From NCBI GenBank assembly GCA_964540195.1, contig CAZIMA010000001.1, positions 1 to 50,023 of the forward strand: a stretch of 50,023 nucleotides of DNA. The letters are read 5' to 3'. This document shows positions 10,177 through 17,816 of this stretch, in pieces. Within the stretch, counting starts at the first letter, position 1. Each line of letters starts with the position of its first letter. The notes beneath the pieces were generated by a model. The model worked only from the letters and a program-made list of their open reading frames with translations, made no database searches and was not told the origin of the DNA. The stretch is from an uncultured Tissierella sp. (GTDB taxonomy: Bacteria; Bacillota; Clostridia; Tissierellales; Tissierellaceae). The translations under genes and the position numbers were made by a program.

Positions 10177-10532
10177 CTAAATATCATCCTTATGGCAGTA
10201 TATATAATAATTAAGCCAAATACCTTTCTTAGAACATTTGCAGGAATCTTCTTTAAAAACTTTGCTCCAATAAAACTTCCAACCAGTCCCCCTCCCATTA
10301 CATAAAGACTTAACTTTAGCGGTATAGTACTATTGAAGAAATAAATTATGGTAGAGATGATGCTAATAGGAAGAATAATAGAAATAGCTGTAGCATGAGC
10401 CTTATAATCCTTAAGTCCCACAAGAAAGACCAGGGCCGGAACGATGACCATACCACCACCGGACCCAAATATTCCATTTATAATGCCGGTAACAAGTCCC
10501 AGTAAAAGAAGTTTTAATTTATCCTTATCCAT
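10173..10532 (-). CDS. sulfite exporter TauE/SafE family half-size membrane protein
   Basis: GIINGIFGSGGGMVIVP, AHATAISII. Confidence 0.85.
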   Translation of the reverse strand: MDKDKLKLLLLGLVTGIINGIFGSGGGMVIVPALVFLVGLKDYKAHATAISIILPISIISTIIYFFNSTIPLKLSLYVMGGGLVGSFIGAKFLKKIPANVLRKVFGLIIIYTAIRMIFR

Positions 10533-10575
10533 TGTGAACCTCTTTGTGATAAAATCTTTATTTAATTTCTATTAT

Positions 10576-10604
10576 TAATTTGACCAAATAAGGATTAGAT
10601 ATGC
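10576..10604 (-). promoter_or_regulatory. putative SigF/SigG promoter for the tauE pair
   Basis: Minus strand reads GCATA-N14-GGTCAAATTA, 43 bp upstream of the start. Confidence 0.55.
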
Positions 10605-10726
10605 ATTAAGTAAGTGATTTTGTCCATATATATATATAGGATAATGGACGAAATCTTTAAAAAGTATTTGTATTAGGGCAAACATATGCTAAAATAGAGT
10701 AGCAATAAGAATAGGGAGTGAAATAC

Positions 10727-11464
10727 ATGGCAGGACATTCAAAATGGAACAATATTAAGAATAAAAAAGGCAAAGAAGATGCAAGACGTGCCAAAATATT
10801 TACAAAATTAGGAAGATATATAATGGTAGCAACAAGGGAAGGTGGACCGGATCCGGATTACAATGCAGCTCTTAAGGCGGCTATTGAAAAGGCAAAAGCT
10901 GAAAATATGCCAAATGATAATATAGATAGGGCTATTAAAAAAGGTGCCGGGGAACTTGGTTCTAACATATTCGAAGAGATTACTTACGAAGGTTATGGGC
11001 CTTCAGGTGTTGCAGTAATGGTTAGCTGCCTAACAGACAATAAGAATAGGACAGCAGCAGATGTTAGACATGCCTTCGATAAAAATGGTGGAAACTTAGG
11101 AACTAATGGGTCAGTATCCTTTATGTTCGACAAAAAGGGAATTTTAGCTATAGAAAGAACTGAAGAAATAGATGAAGATGAACTAACAATGGTAGCTATT
11201 GATTTAGGTGCAGAAGACTTTGAATCATCAGAAGATGGTTTTGAAATCACCACAAGTCCGGAGGATTTCAACACCATAAGAGACGGCCTATCCCAAGCAG
11301 GCTACTCCTTCGCAATGGCTGAAGTTAGTTTTGTACCACAGACTACAGTTGCTTTAACTAATGAAGAAGACCTTAAAAAGATGAACAAGTTAATAGATAT
11401 GCTTGAAGATAATGACGACGTCCAAAATGTGTCCCACAACTGGGAAGAGCCTGAAGGAGAATAA
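10727..11464 (+). CDS. yebC: YebC/PmpR family protein
   Basis: [35 protein letters not shown]; start moved to ATG 10727. Confidence 0.96.
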   Translation: MAGHSKWNNIKNKKGKEDARRAKIFTKLGRYIMVATREGGPDPDYNAALKAAIEKAKAENMPNDNIDRAIKKGAGELGSNIFEEITYEGYGPSGVAVMVSCLTDNKNRTAADVRHAFDKNGGNLGTNGSVSFMFDKKGILAIERTEEIDEDELTMVAIDLGAEDFESSEDGFEITTSPEDFNTIRDGLSQAGYSFAMAEVSFVPQTTVALTNEEDLKKMNKLIDMLEDNDDVQNVSHNWEEPEGE

Positions 11465-11467
11465 TAT

Positions 11468-11496
11468 GTATAATTAATCATCTTTCTTCCATAATA
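11468..11496 (+). promoter_or_regulatory. putative SigG promoter
   Basis: GTATA-N17-CATAATA. Confidence 0.55.
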
Positions 11497-11524
11497 AGTA
11501 GTAGCATTCAATAAGGAGGTTATT

Positions 11525-11698
11525 ATGGAAGATATTCAAAATTTCGAACATATTAAGGAAAGGTTTATATCAGCTGACTTGGATGATAAGATAAACATCT
11601 ATACCACTGTCCAGGGTTTATCTGTAGACCAGTACAAGGAGCTGCTAAAATACTTTCCCCTAAAACATCTGGCAAAATTAGAACAGGCAATGGGTTAA
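11525..11698 (+). CDS. small hypothetical protein (57 aa), not in ORF track
   Basis: Strong RBS TAAGGAGGT; MEDIQNFEHIKERFISADLDDKINIYTTVQGLSVDQYKELLKYFPLKHLAKLEQAMG; followed by a terminator. Confidence 0.85.
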   Translation: MEDIQNFEHIKERFISADLDDKINIYTTVQGLSVDQYKELLKYFPLKHLAKLEQAMG

Positions 11699-11728
11699 AT
11701 CCAAGAGGGCAACTTCTTGGATTTTTTT
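11697..11728 (+). terminator. intrinsic terminator
   Basis: AAATCCAAGAGG-gcaa-CTTCTTGGATTT followed by a T-run. Confidence 0.8.
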
Positions 11729-11740
11729 ATGACCTATCCC

Positions 11741-11775
11741 AAGGAACAAAAGGAACCGGCCCCTTTGTTCCTAAA
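11741..11775 (+). repeat. REP-like palindromic repeat, copy 1
   Basis: AAGGAACAAAAGGAACCGGCCCCTTTGTTCCTAAA; 34/35 identical to 49273-49307. Confidence 0.85.
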
Positions 11776-11800
11776 TTAAATATCAGTAAGGGGGAAAAAG

Positions 11801-12484
11801 ATGAAAAAAATATTATATGTGGTCCTAATCATAGCCATATCCTTATCACTCTTGGTTACTTCCATAGAAAATAGCGCCTACAATAAAGGCTACTATCTCC
11901 AACAGTTTGAACAAAACGGAACCCGGGAAGTAACGGGAAAGACCATGGAAGAACTGGATATAATAGCAGGGACTTTAATAGCTTATCTTAAGCACAAGGG
12001 GGGAGAAGAATTACTAAGACCCCATTTCAATGAAAAAGAAGTTCTTCATATGGTAGATGTACAGGATTTATTCGACCTGGCTAGGCTTATAAAATATTCA
12101 TCCATGGCTATAGCAATAATAAGTATGACCTATATAGCCTTAAGGGTGAGTAAAGTAGACTTAGGGAAGGTATTATTCTTGGGATTATTTGCCAACCACG
12201 TCTTGGTCTTGATTATAGGCTTATTAGTAGCATCGGACTTTAGCAAGTACTGGACCATATTTCACCATATCTTCTTTACCAATGATTTATGGCTCTTAGA
12301 CCCAAAAACGGACTTGATGATTCAAATGCTTCCGGAACCCTTCTTCAGTGGAATGGCTTTAAATATTGCCGTATCTTTTTTCATATATTTGTCAATAATT
12401 CAATTGATGGGAATTATCTATATGAAAAGAGGTAGTAGAAATGAAGAAAAGATTAAAGGAAAGATATCAAGTAGGAAGAGATGA
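11801..12484 (+). CDS. integral membrane protein (DUF1461/TIGR01906-like)
   Basis: EVLHMVDVQDLF, FHHIFFTNDLWLLDPKTDLMIQMLPEPFF. Confidence 0.8.
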   Translation: MKKILYVVLIIAISLSLLVTSIENSAYNKGYYLQQFEQNGTREVTGKTMEELDIIAGTLIAYLKHKGGEELLRPHFNEKEVLHMVDVQDLFDLARLIKYSSMAIAIISMTYIALRVSKVDLGKVLFLGLFANHVLVLIIGLLVASDFSKYWTIFHHIFFTNDLWLLDPKTDLMIQMLPEPFFSGMALNIAVSFFIYLSIIQLMGIIYMKRGSRNEEKIKGKISSRKR

Positions 12485-13364
12485 AGCAATAATCAAGAAC
12501 TACTATTCAAAGGAAATAAACAAGGGAATGTCCTATAAGGCAGTAAGGGTGGATAAAATTGGGTTTTTAATCCTGCTTTTTGCCCTAAGTCTTGCTTTTT
12601 TCTCATCCATTACCAATACCCTAATACTGCCCATCTATATTAGTTTAGCCCTTGTATATTTGACCTCAAGGGCCTTGGTAAAATTTAAGACTAAGAAGAG
12701 AGATGAAAAGGTAGTAAAGGTTAAGGAGGACTTAAAGAGCAGAAAGCTAATGAGGGAAATTTCTCAGATGAACAGGGAGGAATTTGTAACATATATAAAG
12801 GGTGTCTTGGAAAGGCATTATCAAACTGAATTTTTCTATGCTAAGGATGATATTGATTTAGAAGCTACTATAAATGGTAGAATTTATGGTGTGAAATGCA
12901 TGAAATCAAGTCAAGAGGATAAGGTCATTAAGGATAAGGTAAGGGATTTCTATAACTATATAAACTATTTAAACTACCAGGAGGGCATTATGGTAAGTAG
13001 CTCATATTTTCAAGATGGAGCTGAGGATGGCCATTCCTTAATCCTAATAGATTTTTCTAGACTAAAAGAGATCCTAAAAGGCATCAATGAATATCCTAGC
13101 GACGAGATTATAGACCAATTTATAATCGATAGATATAAACACAATAAAAAGAAGATGGAGGGTCAAATAAAATCAGTTAATAACTGGAAGATAATTAGGC
13201 TTTATCTTATGTTTATCATCTTCTATGTGATTTCATTTTTTACTGACCTGTCACTATATTATAAGATATTGGGCATAATTTGCTTTGTAATTGCAAGCTC
13301 TATGGGAGCTCTAAAAGTGACGGACATTATCAAAAATAGGGGAAAAAGGGCTTTACATGACTAA
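12441..13364 (+). CDS. membrane protein with a degenerate Mrr-like restriction-endonuclease-fold domain
   Basis: Two TM pairs flank EEFVTYIKGVL..DDIDLEATINGRIYGVKCMK..V..F..GIMVSSSYF. Confidence 0.55.
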   Translation: MKKRLKERYQVGRDEAIIKNYYSKEINKGMSYKAVRVDKIGFLILLFALSLAFFSSITNTLILPIYISLALVYLTSRALVKFKTKKRDEKVVKVKEDLKSRKLMREISQMNREEFVTYIKGVLERHYQTEFFYAKDDIDLEATINGRIYGVKCMKSSQEDKVIKDKVRDFYNYINYLNYQEGIMVSSSYFQDGAEDGHSLILIDFSRLKEILKGINEYPSDEIIDQFIIDRYKHNKKKMEGQIKSVNNWKIIRLYLMFIIFYVISFFTDLSLYYKILGIICFVIASSMGALKVTDIIKNRGKRALHD

Positions 13365-13447
13365 CTTACTATAATATAATGAGGCTAGGTAGGGTAATCA
13401 ACACTGTTTAAGTATCTAAAAGCATTGTTCAAAAATTAGGAGGGCAT

Positions 13448-14041
13448 ATGAAGAAGGTATTGGCCATAATGGGTAGTCCCAGGAGAAATAAAAACACGGA
13501 AAAGCTACTGGATTACCTACTAGATGGTGTTAGGGAATTGGACTATGAAATAAATAAAATTATCATCAAGGACTTAGATATACGATCCTGTACAGGGTGT
13601 GAACACTGTGGAAGAACTTCCAATTGTGTATTTAAAGACGGTATGCAGGAAATTTATGATGGATTTGATACCAGTGATATAGTCATATTTGCGGCTCCAA
13701 TATATTTTAACTCCATCAGTGCACTATCTAAGAATGTAGTAGATAGGTGTCAAAGATATTGGTCAATAAAATACACTATCGGGGATAATTACAAGAGAGG
13801 TAAGGATAGAAAGGGCATCTTCTTATCAGTTGGAGGAGCACCCTTTAGCCACGATCATTTTAGGGGCGCAGTCCCGGTTATGGATTTATTCTTTAGGGCC
13901 ATTAATTGCGATTATAAAGGAAACTATCTTGTATCAAATACGGACAAGGTATCCATTATGGATAATATAAAGATTAAAAATGAGCTATTTGAAATAGGAA
14001 AGAATATAGATAAGGATGAAAGCTTTTACCTTCATAGGTAA
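13448..14041 (+). CDS. flavodoxin-fold iron-sulfur flavoprotein / NADPH-dependent FMN reductase family
   Basis: GSPRRNKNT, CTGCEHC-x5-C, APIYF, VDR. Confidence 0.85.
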   Translation: MKKVLAIMGSPRRNKNTEKLLDYLLDGVRELDYEINKIIIKDLDIRSCTGCEHCGRTSNCVFKDGMQEIYDGFDTSDIVIFAAPIYFNSISALSKNVVDRCQRYWSIKYTIGDNYKRGKDRKGIFLSVGGAPFSHDHFRGAVPVMDLFFRAINCDYKGNYLVSNTDKVSIMDNIKIKNELFEIGKNIDKDESFYLHR

Positions 14042-14136
14042 AGCTTTTTTTCTTTTTGGGGAAAAGACAATAGGTCTAGAACATTTTCCTATTAATTGCT
14101 ATAATGAAAGTATCATATGTCGAGGGGGAAAGCTTA

Positions 14137-14709
14137 ATGAAAACTAAATTGCCAATAGCATTATCCAATAGACACATTCACTTGAGCCAGGAACATCTGA
14201 ATATCTTATTTGGAGAGGGTTATGAATTAACTAAGAAAAAGGATTTATCGCAACCGGGACAATATGCTTGCGAGGAGAAAGTTGATGTTGTTGGACCAAA
14301 GAGGGAAATTCAAGGCGTTAGAATATTAGGACCCGTAAGAGGAGATACTCAATTTGAAGTATCCATAGCAGATGCTATTAGCCTAGGTGTAGACCCTATT
14401 ATCAGAAACTCGGGGGATATTACCAATACTCCGGGAGCTAAATTAATCGGACCAAAGGGCCAAGTGGAATTAAAGGAAGGAATTATAGTTGCTGCAAGAC
14501 ACATCCATATGCATACAAGTGACGGTGAAGATTTTGGAGTAAAGGATAAGGATATTGTACAAGTGAAGACAGACGGCCCAAGAGGGCTTGTATTCGACAA
14601 TGTTTTAGTTAGGGTACATGATACCTATGCCTTGGAAATGCATGTAGACCTTGAAGAAGGAAACGCAGCCGGAATAAATAACGGAGACCTGGTAGAGATC
14701 ATAAAATAG
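14137..14709 (+). CDS. pduL: phosphate propanoyltransferase / PduL-type phosphotransacylase
   Basis: SNRHIHL, LSQPGQYA, RILGPVR, AARHIHM, MHVDLEEGNAA; RBS GAGGGGG before ATG 14137. Confidence 0.92.
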   Translation: MKTKLPIALSNRHIHLSQEHLNILFGEGYELTKKKDLSQPGQYACEEKVDVVGPKREIQGVRILGPVRGDTQFEVSIADAISLGVDPIIRNSGDITNTPGAKLIGPKGQVELKEGIIVAARHIHMHTSDGEDFGVKDKDIVQVKTDGPRGLVFDNVLVRVHDTYALEMHVDLEEGNAAGINNGDLVEIIK

Positions 14710-14718
14710 GAGGCAGCT

Positions 14719-15375
14719 ATGAAAGAAATACTAGCCATGATAGACCATACATTACTTAAGCAGGATGCATCCAGAGAGATGATAAAAGACCTTTGTAATG
14801 AAGCCATAAAATATAATTTTGGTCAGATTTGTGTAAATCCATACCATGTATCATACTGTAAAGAATTATTAGAAAATACAAATGTAAAAATAGCTACGGT
14901 AGTGGGTTTCCCCCTGGGAGCTAATACTAAGGAAATAAAAGCCCTGGAAGCTAAAGAAGCCATTGAAAACGGAGCCCATGAAATCGATATGGTAATCAAT
15001 ATCGGGGCCATGAAGGATAAGAATTTCGACCTGGTTAGGGATGATATCCAAGCAGTAGTAGAGGCCTCTCATCCTAATGCCATAGTAAAGGTAATTATTG
15101 AGACCTGCCTATTGACACAGGAGGAAAAGGAAAAAGTATGCCAACTTTCCATGGAAGCCGGTGCAGACTTTGTAAAGACATCTACAGGATTTAGTACCGG
15201 TGGGGCTACAATAGAAGATGTACAACTTATGAAAAGAGTAGTGGGAGACAAGCTGGGCATTAAGGCATCCGGCGGAGTAAGGGATTTAGAAAGTGCAAAG
15301 GCAATGATAGAAGCAGGGGCCACCAGACTAGGCACCAGCTCAGGAGTAAAAATTGCACAGGAATTAAGTAAATAA
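14719..15375 (+). CDS. deoC: deoxyribose-phosphate aldolase
   Basis: [50 protein letters not shown]. Confidence 0.97.
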   Translation: MKEILAMIDHTLLKQDASREMIKDLCNEAIKYNFGQICVNPYHVSYCKELLENTNVKIATVVGFPLGANTKEIKALEAKEAIENGAHEIDMVINIGAMKDKNFDLVRDDIQAVVEASHPNAIVKVIIETCLLTQEEKEKVCQLSMEAGADFVKTSTGFSTGGATIEDVQLMKRVVGDKLGIKASGGVRDLESAKAMIEAGATRLGTSSGVKIAQELSK

Positions 15376-15400
15376 AAGGGGGTTATCCCCTTTTTGTTTT
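15375..15400 (+). terminator. intrinsic terminator after deoC
   Basis: AAAAGGGGG-tta-TCCCCTTTT followed by a T-rich tail. Confidence 0.75.
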
Positions 15401-15412
15401 TTTCTATTCCTT

Positions 15413-15441
15413 GTATTAATTTTGAAAAAAATGCAAAACTA
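15413..15441 (+). promoter_or_regulatory. putative SigF/SigG promoter
   Basis: GTATT-N14-TGCAAAACTA before a sporulation lipoprotein gene. Confidence 0.5.
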
Positions 15442-15459
15442 ATACGAGGAGGGATAAAG

Positions 15460-15930
15460 ATGAAAAAAATCAATGGTTTTTTAATTTTAGGAATATCAGT
15501 GGCCTTGCTTTTAAGTGCCTGTATGAACCCTGATACAAAAAATCCGGTAAAAGACCCAAACCTTGTATCGGTGGAAGACCAGGATACAGTTTCAGTGGAA
15601 GCTGGAGATGAAGATATAATCCAACGGTCAGAGACCATATCCGATGCAGTTGTAGAATTATATGGAATAGATGATGCAACTACGATTATTCTAAATGATG
15701 AAGCCCTTATAGGGGTAAAGATAGCCTATGACGAAAAATTGACCCCGGAAATCAAGGACCTAATCCAAGACACAGTAAAATCTAAAGATGGTGCAATTAC
15801 TAATATATTATTAACCGATAACGATAAAATCTTTTGGGACATTAACCATATAGTCACAGACATCCTACAAGGCCAAAGCTACGAAAACTCCCTAAGCAAG
15901 ATCCACAATTTAAAGTTTAGGATCAGATAG
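15460..15930 (+). CDS. YhcN/YlaJ family sporulation lipoprotein
   Basis: RBS GAGGAGGG; lipobox LLSAC; GIDDATTIILNDEALIGV core. Confidence 0.8.
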   Translation: MKKINGFLILGISVALLLSACMNPDTKNPVKDPNLVSVEDQDTVSVEAGDEDIIQRSETISDAVVELYGIDDATTIILNDEALIGVKIAYDEKLTPEIKDLIQDTVKSKDGAITNILLTDNDKIFWDINHIVTDILQGQSYENSLSKIHNLKFRIR

Positions 15931-15953
15931 GGAGTTTTGAGGGTCATTCTTTA

Positions 15954-16369
15954 GGGTCTTTATTTGGGTCGAAAAAGGCCTTAGGATTTAAATTCCTACT
16001 CCCTCAAAAATTTGACTGAACTAATGTTTTTATCCTTGAAAATTGGAATGATTTCCAAGCTGGGACCCGGGTCTGTCTCCAAAGGGTGTAAATCATTACC
16101 AATTTACTGCGTCTAAAAACAAAGTTCAGTTAGCAAATTTTTTCGAAGTCGTATTAATTTAAACCACTAAGTCCTTTTTCTTGCTCTAGGGCTAAAGCCA
16201 CTAAGGATTAGGAACAAAGGGGTCGGTTCCTTTTGGTCCTTTTGGGTTAAAATACTTTTCAGTATTAGTAGGACGTTTATGAGTCATGGAGGCAGACTAT
16301 CTTAGTATAGTCAAAAGCTAATGTGGCAGATGAATCCATGACCATAAACGTCGACCCAAATAAAGACCC
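15954..16369. repeat. nested inverted-repeat element (MITE-like or structured RNA) with 19-bp perfect outer inverted repeats
   Basis: GGGTCTTTATTTGGGTCGA (15954-15972) versus TCGACCCAAATAAAGACCC (16351-16369); encloses hairpins at 15971-16180 and 16272-16352 plus a REP copy. Confidence 0.7.
16208..16241 (-). repeat. REP-like palindromic repeat, copy 2 (inverted)
   Basis: Reverse complement AAGGACCAAAAGGAACCGACCCCTTTGTTCCTAA has 1 mismatch to copy 3. Confidence 0.85.
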
Positions 16370-16535
16370 AACAAAAAGACCCCAACAAAAAAACTTAACA
16401 TATATTTCACACCAGAAGAATAAACTATATATTAATCTTTTAAGGAGGTGTGGTTGGGATCCTTGCAAGGACTTCTATCCATGCTTAAAAAAACCTACAA
16501 TTGGGTATATTATTTACATTGAGGAGGTATGCGAA

Positions 16536-17801
16536 TTGTTAGAATCTAAGAGAATTGAACTAGGAAAGGGAATTTTTTTAAACTTAATAGAAACTGACAA
16601 GTTTAAGTCTAATTTACTAAGCTATTATTTTATCAGGCCCTTAAATAGGGAAGATGTAACTAAAAACGCACTAGTGCCTTTGCTTTTAAAGAGGGGGACC
16701 AAGAACTTTCCCGATAATCTAATAATCGAAAAGGAATTGGAGAATATGTATGGTGCCAACTATAGTAGTGCCATAAATAAAAGAGGGGAAAGGCATGTAT
16801 TAAGGTTTACTATGGAATGGGCAAGTGGGGAATACCTGCTTGATAAGGACCAGGATATTAAGGCCCTTAAAATGTTGCAGGAGATCATCTTCAACCCCTA
16901 TTTAGAAAAGGGTGGATTTAAGAAGGAATTTGTAGAACAAGAAATTGAAAACCATAAAAATCGAATAGAAGGAAAGATTAATGACAAAAGGTCCTATGCA
17001 GTAAATAGGTGTATAGAGGAAATGTGTAAAAATGAAGCCTTTAGCCTATACCAAATCGGCTATACGGAAGATTTAGAAGATATGGATGAAAAAAACCTAT
17101 ATGACCATTATAAGAAGATATTGGATACCAGCATTATAGAAATCTTCTATGTTGGAAGTCTTAATGAAGAAATAGAGAAATACCTGGTGGAAAATAACAA
17201 GATGGAAAGGGACCATATAGTAAGGATACCGAGGGAAAAAATCCTTTCAACTGTTAGCCAAAAGCAGGCTGCAACTGATAAGATGGATGTAGCTCAAGGA
17301 AAGCTGGTAATAGGTTATAGGTCCTCAATCCCATTTGAAGATAAGCTCTATAATGGCCTGTTATTAGCCAGTGATATCTTCGGTGGCGGCCCCAATTCAA
17401 AGCTCTTTAGAAATGTAAGGGAAAAGGAAAGCCTTGCCTACTATATAAGCTCATCCATACTAAAGTATAAGTCCCTTATGATAGTAGATAGTGGCATTGA
17501 ATTTCAAAACTATAGCAAGACTGTAGATATAATTAATGAGCAATTGGAAGAAGTAAAGAATGGAAACTTCAAGGATGAAGATATAGAAATCTCTAAGAAG
17601 TCCATTAAAACATCCACTGAATCCATAAAGGATAGTGCCTTCCTAATTTCAGAATTCTTCTTTAGCCAAAACCTATGTAATGATAAGAGGTCCCTGGAAG
17701 AAGTCTTAAGTGACTTTGATCATGTCACTAGAGATGAAATCATTAGTGCTGCAGATACTATTTCCATAGACACTATATACTTCATGAAAGGAAAAAACTA
17801 A
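16536..17801 (+). CDS. ymfF: M16 family peptidase-like protein, non-catalytic subunit (YmfF-like)
   Basis: TDKFK, LLKRGT, FGGGPNSKLFRNVREKESLAYY; no HxxEH; start moved to TTG 16536 after GAGGAGG. Confidence 0.85.
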   Translation: MLESKRIELGKGIFLNLIETDKFKSNLLSYYFIRPLNREDVTKNALVPLLLKRGTKNFPDNLIIEKELENMYGANYSSAINKRGERHVLRFTMEWASGEYLLDKDQDIKALKMLQEIIFNPYLEKGGFKKEFVEQEIENHKNRIEGKINDKRSYAVNRCIEEMCKNEAFSLYQIGYTEDLEDMDEKNLYDHYKKILDTSIIEIFYVGSLNEEIEKYLVENNKMERDHIVRIPREKILSTVSQKQAATDKMDVAQGKLVIGYRSSIPFEDKLYNGLLLASDIFGGGPNSKLFRNVREKESLAYYISSSILKYKSLMIVDSGIEFQNYSKTVDIINEQLEEVKNGNFKDEDIEISKKSIKTSTESIKDSAFLISEFFFSQNLCNDKRSLEEVLSDFDHVTRDEIISAADTISIDTIYFMKGKN

Positions 17802-17816
17802 CTGGAGGTAAAGATT

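Noticed and set aside
15971-16180. 6S RNA, tmRNA, RNase P or SRP identity for the long hairpin
   Set aside because: No large central bubble and no tmRNA, RNase P or SRP signature motifs visible; kept as an unclassified structure
16291-16335. c-di-GMP-I riboswitch-like start (GGCAGACT...AAAAGCTA)
   Set aside because: Lacks the GAAA tetraloop, the CGCAAAGC core and the second stem
16323-16535. 71-aa N-terminal extension of YmfF shown in the ORF track
   Set aside because: It runs through repeat DNA; the strong RBS supports TTG 16536
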